Origin: the human T2T-CHM13v2.0 reference genome, Homo sapiens
DNA: 64,000 nt
Reading direction: 5' to 3' (one strand)
NCBI RefSeq assembly: GCF_009914755.1
Contig: NC_060927.1
A program made the translations under genes and the position numbers. Within the stretch, counting starts at the first letter, position 1. The number at the start of each line of letters is the position of its first letter. Below, piece by piece: positions 13,981 through 29,179 of this stretch. The notes beneath the pieces are model-generated. The model saw only the letters and a list, made by a program, of their open reading frames with translations. It had not been told where the DNA came from and did not search any database.

Positions 13981-15135
13981 AGAAAACATTCACAGTAGAC
14001 ACAAATTGAGGTAGTTGCCAGGCTCACAGTGATTGTTTTTCCTGTGGCCATATTTATGCCACCCACTCTCTTCCCACCCCCAAACCTTTCTGCTTAGGGG
14101 GAATCTGTTCATTTCTTTCTACTCTCTGCTGTGGTAGGTATTCTTAAAGAGATTTCGACAACTTGCTTCTCTGGCCACAGCAGACAGAATTAACTCATAG
14201 TAACTCAATTTCCTGATGATACTAATTCATCCATGGAGTGAGCATTTTGACTCAAGATTGCTAATCAAAGGATTTTGTCTGGATTTTTAAAACTGTAACT
14301 AGCAAAGAGAAGTCCTTTTTTCTCTGTTCTCTCAAAAACCAGGATGAGAGAATAGGGGCTGCTGCTGATTCTGGTTCCAGCAGGCATAATCAGCCTGAAA
14401 GAAAAAATTTGTCACACAGAGAAAAGCAGAGATGTGATGAGCTGAAGTCGATAGGAAGTCCTAATAGCATTTGAGTCCCAGATTCTAACTCTACCTCTAC
14501 AGCCTTACGGAGATTCAAACTAATACAGTTACTTACTTCATCCTCATTCCTTCCTTTAAGTAACTAACCCTAGATAGATTTCTGTATAAGCTGTGGGTTT
14601 AGTTGCAGATAATAGATACCAACTCTGGCTATTATAAGAAGGCAGTTTGAAAGTATATTAACCTTACTGAATTTTCAGGCTGGCCAGAGAGCCCTGCTTA
14701 GAAACTGCTTATCCAGTATCAGTACTCAAAGTCACACAACATAACTGGTCTGTTGACGACAACTGGGCCACCACTCTTGAGTACAAACATTGTGAGCTTG
14801 TAGTTGATAGTATCTGAACTCAAACACCGCTGTCTCTGGAAATTAGATGTCACTGTCACCTTTCTTCCCAAAATAGATTCTTCACAGTGTATGCTGTTTT
14901 GGCACCATTAACTTTGAATTCGGTGTTTGGCAGAAGTGCTTCTGATGATGGAAGTTATGTGCCTTTATCCTTACTATAAAGGAGGCTGGGAAAACAGACG
15001 GACTTTTATGGTTAGATTTAAGAAAATCCCTAAATAGCAGAAAAAAAAAGTTTAAAGATGTTTAATCACTGAAAAGAATGACAGATATCTACTATAACTT
15101 ATCTTACTTACATCTAAATACGTCCTCAGTCATAT

Positions 15136-15965
15136 AGCTCATGGTTTGAAGTGTGCCTCTCAAAAAGATGTGTTGAAGTCTTAACCTCTGAAATCTGTGA
15201 ATGTAACTTTATTTAGAAATAGGGTTGATATTGTTTGGCTGTATTCCCATCCAAATCTCATCTTGAATTGTAGCTCCCATAATTCCCACGTGTTTTGGGA
15301 GGGACCCAGTGAGAGACAATTGAATCATGGGGGCGGTTTCCCCTATACTGTTCTCGTGGTAGTGAATAAGTCTTCTAAGATCTGATGATTTCAAAGGGGT
15401 TTTCCCCTTTGCTTGACTCTCATTCTCTCTTGTCTGCTGCCATGTAAGACATACTTTTCACCTTCCACCATGACTGTAAATCCTCCCTAGCCATGTGGAA
15501 CTGTGAGACCATTAAACCTCTGTCTCTTTATAAATTACCCAGGCTCAGGTATGTCTTCATCAGCGTGATAACAGACTAATAAAGGGTCTCTGCAAATATA
15601 ATTGAGTTAAATGATGTCTTATTGGGTTAGGATGGGCCCTAAATTCAATATGATAAGTGTACTTACAAGAAGAGAAAAACTTGGACATAGAGACATGAAC
15701 ACAGGGGAAAAGCCTTTTTGAAGATGGAGGCAGAGATTGGAGTGATGCATCTCCAGGCTAAGGGACACCAAGGATTGCTGGTAACACCAGAAGCTATAAG
15801 AGGCAGGAAATGATCCTCCCCTAGAGCATTCAGAGACAGTGTGGCCCTGCTGACACCCTGATTTCAGATTTCTAGCCTCCCTAAATGTGAGATAATAAAA
15901 TTCTGTTGTTATAAGTCACAAAGTTTGTGGGTATGCTTTTTTGGCAGCCCTGGAAAACTCATGCA
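15136..15965 (+). mobile_element. MLT1C-like LTR split by a THE1 insertion
   Basis: MLT1B/C motifs ('gtgaatgtaactttatttagaaatagggt', 'gaagatggaggcagagattggagtgatgc'). Confidence 0.85.
15226..15582 (+). mobile_element. THE1C/D-like solo LTR
   Basis: tgatattgtttggct...cagactaata; 5-bp TSD agggt. Confidence 0.9.
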
Positions 15966-16004
15966 CAGCTTCCTTCAGGAAGTGACATCTAAGCCAACCT
16001 CTGG

Positions 16005-16375
16005 AGAAGGAGTATATTGGAAGTGGATTCTGAGACAGTTTAGTGGGCAGAAAGTTTATTAGAGAGAACCATCAGGATCTACATTTGCGAAAGGAAGGGG
16101 AAGAAACAGTATTCAGCAGAGGGAGAAGTCAAACTGTGATGCCAGCCTCAGGGGACCCCATGGGGAGCTCTGTAGCTACAATGGTCCATTCAAGTTGTTC
16201 AAAGATGCTCCACTCAGTAAGTCACTGGATGTGGGTCTCTCCAAAAAGGGCATGCTCTTGGGCAAGGTGGTTGGATCCCTGAAGCTGAGGTAGTCCTTGA
16301 AGGGGCTTACAATTGAAGCTGGGACATCACATCTTTCCTGAGAGAGGATTTGGGTGACATCTTTGTGTCACCATG
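16005..16375 (-). mobile_element. LTR16A-like (ERVL) LTR
   Basis: 'gcagagggagaagtcaaactgtgatg...ccccatggggagctctg'. Confidence 0.65.
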
Positions 16376-16399
16376 AGCCAACAAATAAGTTAAGGGAGT

Positions 16400-17160
16400 G
16401 TGAAGTGAAAACAGAGTGGCAACCAAGGTGATGACATGTATGAAAGCACTGAGGTGAGATAGTGATTAAAATATTCTTGAAAATGAAAGGAAAGTAATGC
16501 AGATGGTAAAAAAAGGAGAGTAGTTCAAAGTAAGAACAGTGAAAGAGAGCAGAGGTCAGGTTATAGGAAGCCTAAGTATACTCTACCTTTATTCTAAGAA
16601 CAATGGGAAGCCACAAAGGTGATTAGATAAGGCTGGAGGTGACATGATCAGATTTACATTCTAAAATATCAACAATGGCTACAATGTGTACACTAATGGC
16701 ATACTCCCACAGGAAAACAGGAGGGTTTCATTTTAGTAGTCTCCCCGAAAGAGACAAAAGTCCTTAGACTGGGGTGGTGTGTTGGTGGTGGAGATACGTG
16801 GAAGAGTTGAGAGTTTTTTAGGATGTACCTGAACTTATACAGAGAGGGAAGCAGACCTATTAAGGATGACTTCCAGTTCCTTGCTAAGATGAAAAAGCTT
16901 GGAGGAAACCAGTTGAGCACAGCCAAAGCACGAGTTTGGTTTTGGGCATAAAGGGTTGAGTGCTAGGTGGTGTCAATGAAGGACAGCTGGTTATGAGTCA
17001 CATATTTGTGTGTGAGGCATCTGCACACTCAAATAAGGTACCTGGCCTGGAGATAAATGTGAGAGATTTAAACTGATTCCAAGGGGTGACTGAAGGCATT
17101 AGAGAGGGAGGGAATGAAGAGGAAAAGGGTGTGGCCTGAAGTGTGAAACTCTGATGTTTA
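16400..17160 (-). mobile_element. L2 fragment(s)
   Basis: 'ttattctaagaacaatgggaagcca...gacatgatcagattt'. Confidence 0.65.
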
Positions 17161-17174
17161 AAAATGAAGAAAGA

Positions 17175-17487
<313 letters not shown>

Positions 17488-17599
17488 AAAGGAAGAAAGA
17501 ATGGTAAACAGGAAGGATTAGACAGGTAGGAGAGCCACAAAGTCTGAAAGTGGACATCTTTGTAATTTTGTTAGAAATATTGTTTTATATTTTTTGCAG

Positions 17600-17696
17600 C
17601 TGCAGTATCAACAGGGAAAATATTCATCCTTTCGTTTTTTTCCTGATCAAAAAGACATAATTGTCTGAAATGAGAAACATGGATAACTATCTTAAG
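17600..17696 (+). pseudogene. Exon remnant 10 (97 nt, one frameshift, decayed donor)
   Basis: atattttttgcag|CTG; LQYQQGKYSSFRFFPDQKDI/SEMRNMDNYLK; ends AAG|atgagt, i.e. GTGAGT with G>A. Confidence 0.55.
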
Positions 17697-18633
17697 ATGA
17701 GTGAATTCTCTCCTAATCAATATACTCATAAAATTAAAAAAAAATGACCTAATAATAGTAGACGTAGACTGACAAAAGTGAAGAAGCATTTCTAAGTTTT
17801 CTACTATCAGAGGATTGACCTAATTAGCATCTGAGAAAGCCAAAGTGTTCCTTTGACTATTTGACAGGTCATTCTGTTATTCTAGTGTATATTTTAAAAG
17901 TTAATAAGCATGGGATAGATTTAATTCCACTACCCCTTCCAGACTTTTTGGTTAAGATTTTAAACATGGACCTTGCTGGAAGGTGAAGGACTAATCTGAG
18001 GAATTTAAGGAATAATATGTGTTATTTATACAGAAGAACATGCAGAGCTGTCTTGGGTTGTAGCATTAGAAGGGCTAATTAGGTGTCTTCATGCAGTATA
18101 GGGATATGGACCAGCTAAATCTTTGTAGACTAAAAACATTATTATGCAAGAGAGATGTTGCTTGCCTGCCTACCATGGAAATGAAAATGTTCCTTCTTAG
18201 TTAATCAATACAAGCTAAAGTATAGAGGAGCTTTTTTTGTTTGTTTTGTTTCATTTTCTGTGTTGTTCAGAATAGTATTACTAGTGAATATTATATCAGT
18301 ATAACGGTGGATGAGGTCCAAGTATTGTAATTATGGACTAACAATTAAGGTATCTTTGACAGTGCTTTAGGTAACAGCAGTGCTTAACAATCAAGCTAAA
18401 TGCATCTACAGTGGGAGAGAAGTGCATAAATGTTTATAAATGCACATAGTCTCCTGTGTGATCATAGTAAAGAATAAAAGTCAACATACAATGATTTACC
18501 ACAATGGGCCAGTATTTATCTTTAAATGAAGCAACATATCACTACAGACATCTGTGTTTTTAAATAAATTCTTCTCATATAATTGGTTTTATTTTGTAAA
18601 TAATAACCGACTCTGATATTTACACTGCACTAG

Positions 18634-18987
<354 letters not shown>

Positions 18988-20620
18988 TGTTATAAAGATA
19001 GAAAGACTATACACGGAAAGTGCTTAGCAAGCTGCCTGGTGCATGCTAAGCATGAATGCATATTGGAGCAGTATTATGATAACTTATGTGACTGGAAGAC
19101 TTACTAAATGTCCAAGAGATAATATTAAAGGGCTTATAGAGATTTTTATCCAGGGATAGGGTAAAATCAGAAGGGGTTTGTATAGTTAATTGACAGAAAA
19201 CAATGTTCTGATTTTACTGAACCTTAATGATGTAACATACTGGTTACATGAACAAAATTATACGTAAAACATTATTGGGACATTATTTATAACATGAAAA
19301 AATTGAAAACAATTGAAACATTGATTTGTAAAAGAATTTTTTAAATTATCATACATAAATTCCACTGAAAATATAAAGCCATAGAAAAATGATTTACATA
19401 TACCGATATGGGAAAATTCCCAAAACATGTTAAGAAAGAAAAAAAAAGCAATTTAGAGAACTCTGTATACAATGTGGTTAAAATTTTGTCAAAAACCTGT
19501 ATGTATATATAAACATATGTTTGTGTACATGCACGTATGTGTGTAAATGACTAAAAACAGTGATTGAAAGACATACGCTGCATTGTAAATAGTTGGTATC
19601 TCTGGGGAAGAAAATTGGATTAAAGTTGGCATAGGAGCATTTAGGGGACTTCTATTTTACATCTATTATCAGTTTGAACTTTAGAAAAGCAGAAACCTAT
19701 ATATGTGTTTTTTTTCAATATAAACAAATACAACTTAAAAGATAGGGAAATAGATACAGTATATGTATAAGTTACAAATGAAACAAAAGAGCTAAGGAAT
19801 ACATTAAAAGTGTTCAACCATACTTATATTTACATAAATAGAACAGAAAATTTTATTACATTCTATTTTATGTTAACTTGGAAAAGATCAAAAGAAATAA
19901 CACCCATTGTTGAGTGGTGCAAAAATGCAAATAATGCTGGTAATATATACACAAAAAAAGAACAGCAATTCTGTGTGTGTATGTGTTTGACAGAGAAAAA
20001 CAGGAGGAGAGAGAGAAGATAGAAAAGAGTAGTAACAATAAACAAAAACCTTTATTAACTTTCTACTTTTAGTATATGAGCAGCATTTCCTACAAAAATG
20101 TTCATTATAGAGTTTTTGTAACAGTAAATCATCAGGAATATTGCTTATTCGACAATAGCAGATTGAGTACATTATGACACATTTAAGCAATTAAATGACA
20201 TGCCACATTTAAAATGCTGTAGAAGAAAATGTTTATATACAAAGAGATGTAGAGAGTTTCATTTTTTTTTTATATAGCATACAGGTTACAAAATTATATG
20301 TCCTGTATGAAACTGTTTATTTAAAATCTATAAGAGTTAAGTGCAAATATATTATCATAAGTATAGTCAGGAAAATTATGAAACAAATGAGTAATTATGC
20401 AGAATGGGTCCTACCAGTTATCAAAACATATTATTAAAGTAATTTATAAATCTTTTAAAACATTATCTGTGGATAATGTAATTACAAGTTTATTTTTTCT
20501 TTTTCGTGCTTATCTGCAGTCATATTTTTCTAGTTACTATTTATTGTTCTGTAATTTAAAAAATAATAAAAGTTGATATTGAAAATATCTCAAGTCAAGT
20601 AACAGAATGACTTTTCGCAG

Positions 20621-20670
20621 GTTGATTTTAATACCTCACAATATTCTTCCATATTTAGAAAAGCTAAAGG
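20621..20670 (+). pseudogene. Exon remnant 11 (50 nt, phase 0-2)
   Basis: cttttcgcag|GTT...AGG|gtaagt; open VDFNTSQYSSIFRKAKG. Confidence 0.7.
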
Positions 20671-20862
20671 GTAAGTAAGGTTCAGTTCTTTCCATTTCTG
20701 TGTGCTTAAATGTCATTTTGATTTGGTTGGGAGTTACACTTCCTTTCAGCACATTCTTCCTCCATCTTTTTGTTTTGTTTTGACTCTTGGAGTAAATAAA
20801 AAGAGGAATGTAGCATAATATACAGCATTTGCCCATTTGCAACAGAGTCTTCTACCCCAGGA

Positions 20863-21048
20863 CAGCAGTTGCCAGACTTTAAAGTTCATGGAATCACCTG
20901 GAGAGCTTATGGAAACACAGTGTCTTGGGCTCCGCCCCTAGAGTTCCTGATTTAATGATTCAGTGTGGGGCCTTAAAATATTCATTTCTAAGAAGTTCCC
21001 AGATGCTGCTGATGACACTAGTCTGAGCCCACACCTTGAGAACCACTG
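20863..21048. mobile_element. MER5A-like DNA transposon
   Basis: 'gaatcacctggagagctt...ccttgagaaccactg'. Confidence 0.8.
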
Positions 21049-22299
21049 TGCCTGGGCAAAAGCCTGTATTTTCTGAGTTGGAACAGCCAGCTTCATTGAC
21101 AAGCTTTGCCTTCTTCAGGAGAATTATGAATAGATAAAATGGAATCTAACCAAACCTGTAACATTCCCTCCATGTTCTTTCTCCTTGCTGCTTCTTAGGA
21201 AAAAGGTTAATTGGATAATGGGGAAATTGAATCTTTCTTTACAATAAGTCCTGTAAGATTTACTTATCTTTAGTTATTTCTCCAGCTTGAAAATTGAAAT
21301 TATATGAAGCTTTACACAGGGCCTGTCTATAAAATGTACTGATTTTGGGCTACCTGAATTTTATTTACCATTTGTTTTAATTCTCTAATACATCTGTGTT
21401 CCTTGTTTGCTAGTTTCTTTTCTAAATTTTGATTTATAAAAAGGGTTTTGGAATCATATTCATATGTAAGATTGGCCTATAATTTTCTTTTCTTGTACAG
21501 TCTAGTTTTTGCTATCAAGGTTATATTAACCAAAACAAAAAAGATGAGCAGGGGCACAATATTTCTATCTCTGTTCTCTAGAACAAGGTTAGGACCTATC
21601 TGTTTAGTGGAACTTGCCTGTAAAATCATCTTAGCCTAATGTGCTTTTGGAGGGCTTTTGTTTGTTTGTTTCACTTTATTGTGGTTTTTTGTTTTGTTTG
21701 AAATATTTTTAATGGCTACATATTTTTTGTCTTTCTTCCAGTGAATTTTGTTGCAATGTACACTATAAAATCATAAAGGTAGATCTCAGTAAACTTTCAC
21801 AGCAGTAACACAGCTATGTCACTACCACAAATCAAGAGGGAATAGCACCCCACAAGCACACCTTATATCTCCTCCTTGTAAGTGCCTCCAGTATCCTAAC
21901 GTCTACCAACTTCTTAAGTGAAGAGAAATAAAGGCTAATAAATAACAATATAAAATGAGGCGAATTTATTTGCATGCCTGGCAAGGCATTATTCAAGTAC
22001 AAGTTCAGTTTCTCTTTATTTAGAAATTGAAAGAGCTTGATGTAGATCAAAAAAGGAGAAATATTATAAAATTAGGCAGCTTTTTGAGTTCAGGTATTGG
22101 CTGGTTTTAAGGTGGATGGTAGACTCTTCCTTGTGAGAGGCCACTATCAAGTTTCACTTCACTGCTAACTGAAAGCCTGGTTTTAATCAAATCAAGACTG
22201 GGTTGTGTAAAATTCCAGAGAGCATAAGGTGTTCAGGATACACAATTGTGTGTGCATGCTCAAAGTTGAGCAAAAATTTTCTTTAAAACAAAATAGATT

Positions 22300-23130
22300 A
22301 GTTTGAACTCTATAATAGTGAAATCACGCAGCGTGTGCTGTTCTGTGTTTGGCTTCTTTTGCTCAGTATTACATTTATGAGACTCATATTTGTAACTGCA
22401 TGAATGAGCATACATTCATTCTCATTATTTTATAGTATTCTCTCATGTGAATATATTATACTTTCTTCATTTATGTTATTGTTAATGAATATTTGGATTG
22501 TTTCAGTGTTTTTTTCTTACAAGTAGTCCGCTATGAACTTCCTTCTACTGTTTTTGTATACATACATTCAAATACACACACAAAGACTTGGGCATATGTC
22601 TAGAAGTAGAATTTGTTGAGTCATAGGGAGGGCATATGGGAGCTTTAGTGCACACTGCCAGTTTTCCCTAGCAGTCAAACAAATTTACAATCCCACCAGC
22701 AGGAAATTAGCTCCAGTTGCTTCACATTTTTGTTGATACTTAGTGTTGTCAGTCGTTTAATCTTAGCCATCTCAGTGAATGCATAGTGGTATCGCATTGA
22801 GGTTTCAACTTGCATTTTCCTCATCACTAGTGAAACTGAATATATTTTTATATGTTTATCGACCATGTAGATATCTTCTTGTGAATTTCTTGTTCAAGTA
22901 TTTTCCCTATTTTTCTATTATTTTTTTCTTTGTCAAAGAATTGTAAGAATATCTATCATCTACACATACACACACAAATACATATGCATACACACATGTA
23001 TAGCTTCAGTTTGTGGTCTTTATGGATATATGTATACAAATATCTTCTATTGTGTGGCTTGCCTTTTCACTTTTGTTTTCTATGGCTTGTATTTTTATGT
23101 TCCTAATGATGCCTTCTGTTAAACAGAAAT
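22300..23130 (-). mobile_element. Old L1M (L1ME-like) fragment
   Basis: 'tggcttcttttgctcag', 'aatttacaatcccaccagca', 'ttgcattttcct'. Confidence 0.7.
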
Positions 23131-23312
23131 TCATGAGAAATAAATGTTTAGCAAATTTAAATTGTTCTGGATTAATTCACATTTTTTCTCTTTCTTCTTG
23201 TGTCTGTATTGATAGTTATAATTTACCAGGATATGATCTCTTTAATTAAAAATTGTCATAAAGTTGCTCTTTCTACTACTTTATAATTCTTTAAAAAACA
23301 AAAATAACTCTA

Positions 23313-23625
<313 letters not shown>

Positions 23626-26617
23626 AACAAACTCTACTCAGTTTATAGCCATGAACTCTTTTCTTGTTCCTATTTCATTTGGCCCATTGTATCTTTTTCA
23701 CTTGATAAATATTGTCACAGTTTTGTCTATTTTCATAACAAGTTCAGATCCTTAATATATTTCCATCATTGTAGCATCTTGATTAATCAAGAGAGACTTC
23801 ATTCTACATCACTAATATATTTAAAACTCTTCTAAGTTTTATCGAGAATACGGAAGACTTGGAATTCTTTACTTGGACAGTATATTTGTATGAGTCTAAA
23901 AACATTAGTCAAAAAATTCTATGGGAAACAGGATATAGAATATTTAAATACCAAATATTATGCCCTGGTTTTCATTTTTGGTTATATGGTGAATTTACAG
24001 ACATTTTCTGAAATTCATCCATTCTATTATGTTTTTAATCAAGCTTTCCATCTCATTTTATGTGTGGGGCTGAGAAATATGCTAATGCAGACAAGAAATT
24101 ATGTTGTATGAGATTACTTATGTCTTATGACTTATGAAATAGCTGAATAAACATGTTGGAGGAATTTAGGTCATGATTCCCACAATAATTTTACTTTATT
24201 CTAAGAAAAAGTGGTTATGAAAGTATCAAAAGTGAAGTTCTTTTTTGCTTCAGTCATAAAGCCACACAGGGTCCCTGGCTTCTAGTGGAGGCGTGTTTTT
24301 CACTTAGACGTGAAATGGAGGTTGCTTTTTCCCACTCAGACCCAAAGCAGAATAGAAATCCCTTCCCACCACAGCAGGTCAGCTCCAAGTAGAGATTGAG
24401 AAAGAGAAAAAGACAGCATTATACAGAAATAAAACAAGGCTATTTCTGGAAAATATGTTATTGGTGACAGGCATTCTCCAGAACATATTTTTTAAAAAAG
24501 AGAAAGAGAAACTCTTCAGGTCTTTTAATAACAGAGACCCTTGGAAGACAACCCCCTCTTTCTCCACCCTTCCCTGCAAAAAAGTCATTCATTAAGGACA
24601 CACATGCAAACTTTTAGCAATAAGAAGAGGAAACTAATTTTTGTAATTATTATAAAAACTCAGCTATGAGTAATTACCTGCTCCTAGTCAGAGAATGTTG
24701 GAGTGTTAAAACTCTTGAATACAGAAAAAGATCAGCAATTTAAGTAGAACCAGATAAGAGGGTAAAGGGAAGACAATACAGAAGGAGCAGATAAGGAACA
24801 TGGCTAAGGCAGGTGAGGTTGCCAGCATACATGCTCCTGCACCCACAGCAGGCAATGCTGTTTGAATAGGGCATTTCTTTCCTGCTAATCTCAAGCATGA
24901 CTCAACAATCCTCCTTGGCTATATACTCGAAATTGCCATTTTTAATCTACCTACAAGTGTTGGCCCATGAGAAGCAACTACTTTACTTTCATGGGGTTAA
25001 AGGCTTTTGTGAGTGTATTAGAGAATTAAAAATGACAGTTAATAGTAAATTTATATTGCATGTGTAGTTTGTTTGTGTGCCTCTTTGAAGCAAACTCTAT
25101 TATTCTTATTCCATTGAACACACTCAGTAACTGTCAATTAATCTCTGTTCTTATAAAGTCTTGCATTATATAGCCTCTTCAGGGATTGTTATAGATGGAG
25201 GGAGCCCTGTTGACGACTGGGTAAAGATTTTGGTTTCTACACTCTGTACAGTATATTGCCTTAATAAGGTTTATTTCTGATATATGACATAATGCATGAA
25301 CTCTCTAGCATTTGTTTGCTTTCTTTGTTTCAGAATGACTTATTTCCAGTCCTCCTATGCTGTGATTATGTTTTAATTCTTCTCCTAAATTCTCCTTTCT
25401 TGATTGATTTTAGCATGCATGTATCTAAAGCACAACCATCAGCCTCAGTATCTTACGAAGATTACTCTATGATAGGTGTGGGGAGCTTACGATGTGGGCC
25501 TCAGGCAGCATGTGATTTGAGTTGGTCATGGGCATTCACCTGGAGCAGAATTGAGCTCTGGAAAAGTGATTGTGACCAGTAGAAGAGGATGCATGTAGCC
25601 TGATCACTTAAGGCACTGATTCTCAACCACGGAGATCCCTTAAAAAACAAATTCTGCTCCAACCCACATCCTGATTTTATGGGTCTTGAATAAGTCAGAG
25701 ACCAAGGCATGTATTAAAAGCTTCCTAGGCATTTAATATGCATCCAAGGTAGGAAAAAAACACAGTTTTGTAGGGTAAAGTTTTGTTTAAGGGAAAGAGG
25801 CATAACAGGTAGCTGAGTGCATTTATCAGGTGTTGTTTTTAAGAGTAGGCTTAGTGGTGGCCCAGAGGACCAGACTAGTCAGCTTTGTCACACAGCCAAC
25901 AAATGCTCCAGGGTCACTTTGCTTCAAAAGCCCTTTATCAGATTAGCTCTGTTTCTCTACAATGGACAGATAGCTCCCCAGAGCCACTCCAACTTCTTAT
26001 CATGGCAGAGTCATATTTTCTAGTAAAGGCCATCCTTAAGCTATCTTTTGGTATGGTATTTCCAAGTGTATTACTCTTTTCCCTATCCCTCCCACCAGCT
26101 TTTTCATCTTTGGAAACAGAGCCACCTTAATTGTGAGGTATGTGATATTGCTATATTCCTTTAGATCTCTTACATAAACTTAGATGAAACCACAGAACAA
26201 AACATCATTTTTTATGGCAGGTGTATTCATAGAAAAGAGGGAAGGAATATGTTTAAACATTTGGATCTACTTTCCCAACACAAATAACAATTTGGATATA
26301 GCAGAAAGAACTGTGAAAAAAAATTAATAAGTATGAACATGGTTGTTGAACTGTCAATTGTTCAATGAAATATTTGTGTTCATATTGAAAACTACCCACA
26401 CATTTATCTATTCAGATTACTTAGTAAAATTTTATTAAATACTTTCAGTTTTTAACCTTTCGGTTGAGGTATATAAGAAGAATTCAATTTACTCTTGCCT
26501 TGGAAAATGATAAACCTTATCAAATGTAATATTTTGTTAAGATTTAAAAATTTAGGTTAAGAATTCAAAATAAATTTAGACAATGTATTCATGCTGCAAT
26601 CTGTTTTCGCCTCACAG

Positions 26618-26780
26618 GAAATGTCTGCTACAGAGACAAACTGAAGTTTGTGTATATCGTGCTGATTCAGAAGAGAATGAAGGCATTTGTCAAGAGATAA
26701 TGTCAGACTAATCAGACATGTTCCAATCGATTAATGCATTTGGAGGATTTCCAAATATTTGCTGATCTAAGGACGGTGAG
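26618..26780 (+). pseudogene. Exon remnant 12 (163 nt, phase 2-0)
   Basis: ttttcgcctcacag|G...GAG|gtgagg; KCLLQRQTEVCVYRADSEENEGICQEIMSD*SDMFQSINAFGGFPNIC*SKDGE. Confidence 0.7.
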
Positions 26781-27420
26781 GTGAGGCTAATCCATAATTT
26801 GTCAATTCCACTGAAAAACTATCAAAAACACATTTATACATAACTAGGTATGCTTCTTTGCATTAGAAAATAGATCAATAATTAGATCTTAAGACAAAGG
26901 TCCCCTTGTGATAATGTAAGAATTTAACTGTGATTTGTTGCTATTGTAACTGGATAATTAATTTTAATTTTCAAAGGCCCGAGCTTGTGAGAAAATGATT
27001 TAGAATTGATATCTGACCTCCAGCTATTGAATGAATTATAATTTTGATTATTGAAAATATATTTGTGGAGACTACTAACAGTAGAAGAAATAAAGAGACT
27101 CCTAATAAGTATATGAGTTTTAAGTTCAATTTTAGAAGTGCTTTTATGCTCTATTACTATGAGTTAAATTCCATGGTAACTCAGCAAGCAGTATGTTAGT
27201 TTAACCATGAAGCACTTATAATAGGCATTGCACATAATTGTCTATTCACCTTTGAAAAGGTGCAGCCTTTTCAAAAACACAGAGGAATTGGGGTATATGT
27301 GGAAAAATATAAATTATTAAGGGATTGATTTTAATTGTTTCTTATAAGTAACATCTTAGGCAGGGATATGTGTCTTTGGGGAAACAAATGGTTTTAATGT
27401 GACATTTGTATTTGTTACAG

Positions 27421-27531
27421 ATAACTAAATTTCATGACAGGAGAATTATGCCTATAAAATGTGTATTTCCAAAACATGATCAGTTGAGACTGTTGTTTTA
27501 TTACATTTCTCCTTATGTCTTTTTGGCTGAG
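27421..27531 (+). pseudogene. Exon remnant 13 (111 nt, phase 0-0)
   Basis: tttgtatttgttacag|ATA...GAG|gttatt; open ITKFHDRRIMPIKCVFPKHDQLRLLFYYISPYVFLAE, PH-like strands. Confidence 0.65.
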
Positions 27532-28927
27532 GTTATTAATGTTACTACTATTCTCTCAGACACATGGGTTTGAAATGCATTCACCTTTGACTCATCTTTA
27601 TTTTCTCCTGTTTTTTCTCTCTCCCTTACTGCAAACCATCTACCCAGTATCTATCTATCTAATTCATGGTTCTTTGTATCACATTTATCTTCTCAGAAAC
27701 CATTAATGCTTCCCCATTGCATACTGAGTTTTAAGTTAAATCTTTTTTTTTGCTATTAATGACAGCAATATTACTAATAAAATTCACATTTTCAAAAATT
27801 GTATTATAAAACCAATTGTTTCAATATGTATGTGTTAAGAGAGGGTAAGGAAAGGAGTAAATAATACCAGACCACAATAACCAAATTATATTTTATTCAA
27901 AAATTTCTTTGATGAAATTATTATTCAAACTAGGTATGGCAGTATTATATGAAAGTGACAAATAATAAACAAAACCAATAAAAATAAACCAAAACATCCC
28001 TGGGAAGATACTGAAGAGCATGTAAGATCAGACAAGAATCAATAAACTTTGTACTGTCAAAATGAATTCTAGTGATGTTTACAACTTCCAGCAGGAAATA
28101 GAAGAAAGAACACCAGCTGAGCATCCATTTATTGCAAGCCAAGCAGGTGTGGGTTCCTACTCTGTTTACTCAATAGCATTTTCCCACTGAGCAAGGTGCT
28201 TCTTCCCAGTCACAATAACATTATTTCCAACAGCTGCTGGAGTAGTGACAATCTTTCCCCTTAATTATTCAATCATATTCTCTCTAATTCATATCACATA
28301 AACTCACACAACAGGAGACATGCCTAAACAAATTCTGTAGGAGGCAGGCTAGGTCCTCACGACATAGCCTTAATCTACTTAACCAGTTCACACTCTCCTA
28401 TTTCCTCAATATATAGTATGGCATAGTGATTAGGAATATTGGCTTGACAGTCCCTCCACCTCAATTCATAATCCTAACTCTCATACTTGTTAACTGTGTT
28501 CTTGAAGGTAAGTTATATGAACACTTTGTACCTTAATGTCTTCATCAATAAAATGGTGATAATTTAATACTGCTACTCCCATAACTTTATTGGAATATTG
28601 GACCACAGTCATTAGACCTACCTGTGTATACTATTGGCTGTGCCTGGCACCTAATTCTCAAACATCAAAGAGAGCTATTGTTACCCTCCTGCATCTCAAT
28701 GGCTATTTCGTAAACATAGGCTCTTTACCTCTGTTATTCCCTCTGATAAACATGCCATTTCATTCTTCTTAGCCTGCTAAAATCTCAACTACTCCTGTGG
28801 ATCTATTTCCAATATGTATCTTTATAATCCTTTTGATCTGTTCAAATTAATGAAATTTCACTTCCCTTTCTACTTCATGGTGGGCCTCTTTCCTCTGAGA
28901 CTTGAGTTCAAGAGCATTCAAGTGAAT

Positions 28928-28960
28928 ATATATGTGTATATATATGTGTGTGTGTGTGTA

Positions 28961-29011
<51 letters not shown>
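28928..29011. repeat. Compound (TG)n(TA)n microsatellite
   Basis: Directly visible. Confidence 0.95.
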
Positions 29012-29014
<3 letters not shown>

Positions 29015-29106
29015 CCTTTTCCAACCTTCCAGCCTATAATAACCAGTTATTAATCTATTGGTTTAAAATGCAGCAAAATTCCATATTCTATTTTTGGATT
29101 TTCCAG

Positions 29107-29179
29107 GTATATGATGGGAAACAAATCTGAGAAAAGAAGGATGGTAGATGCTTTCCCATTGTGACCTGTGATCATTTTG
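29107..29179 (+). pseudogene. Exon remnant 14 (73 nt, phase 0-1)
   Basis: ggattttccag|GTA...TTG|gtaaga; VYDGKQI*EKKDGRCFPIVTCDHF. Confidence 0.7.
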
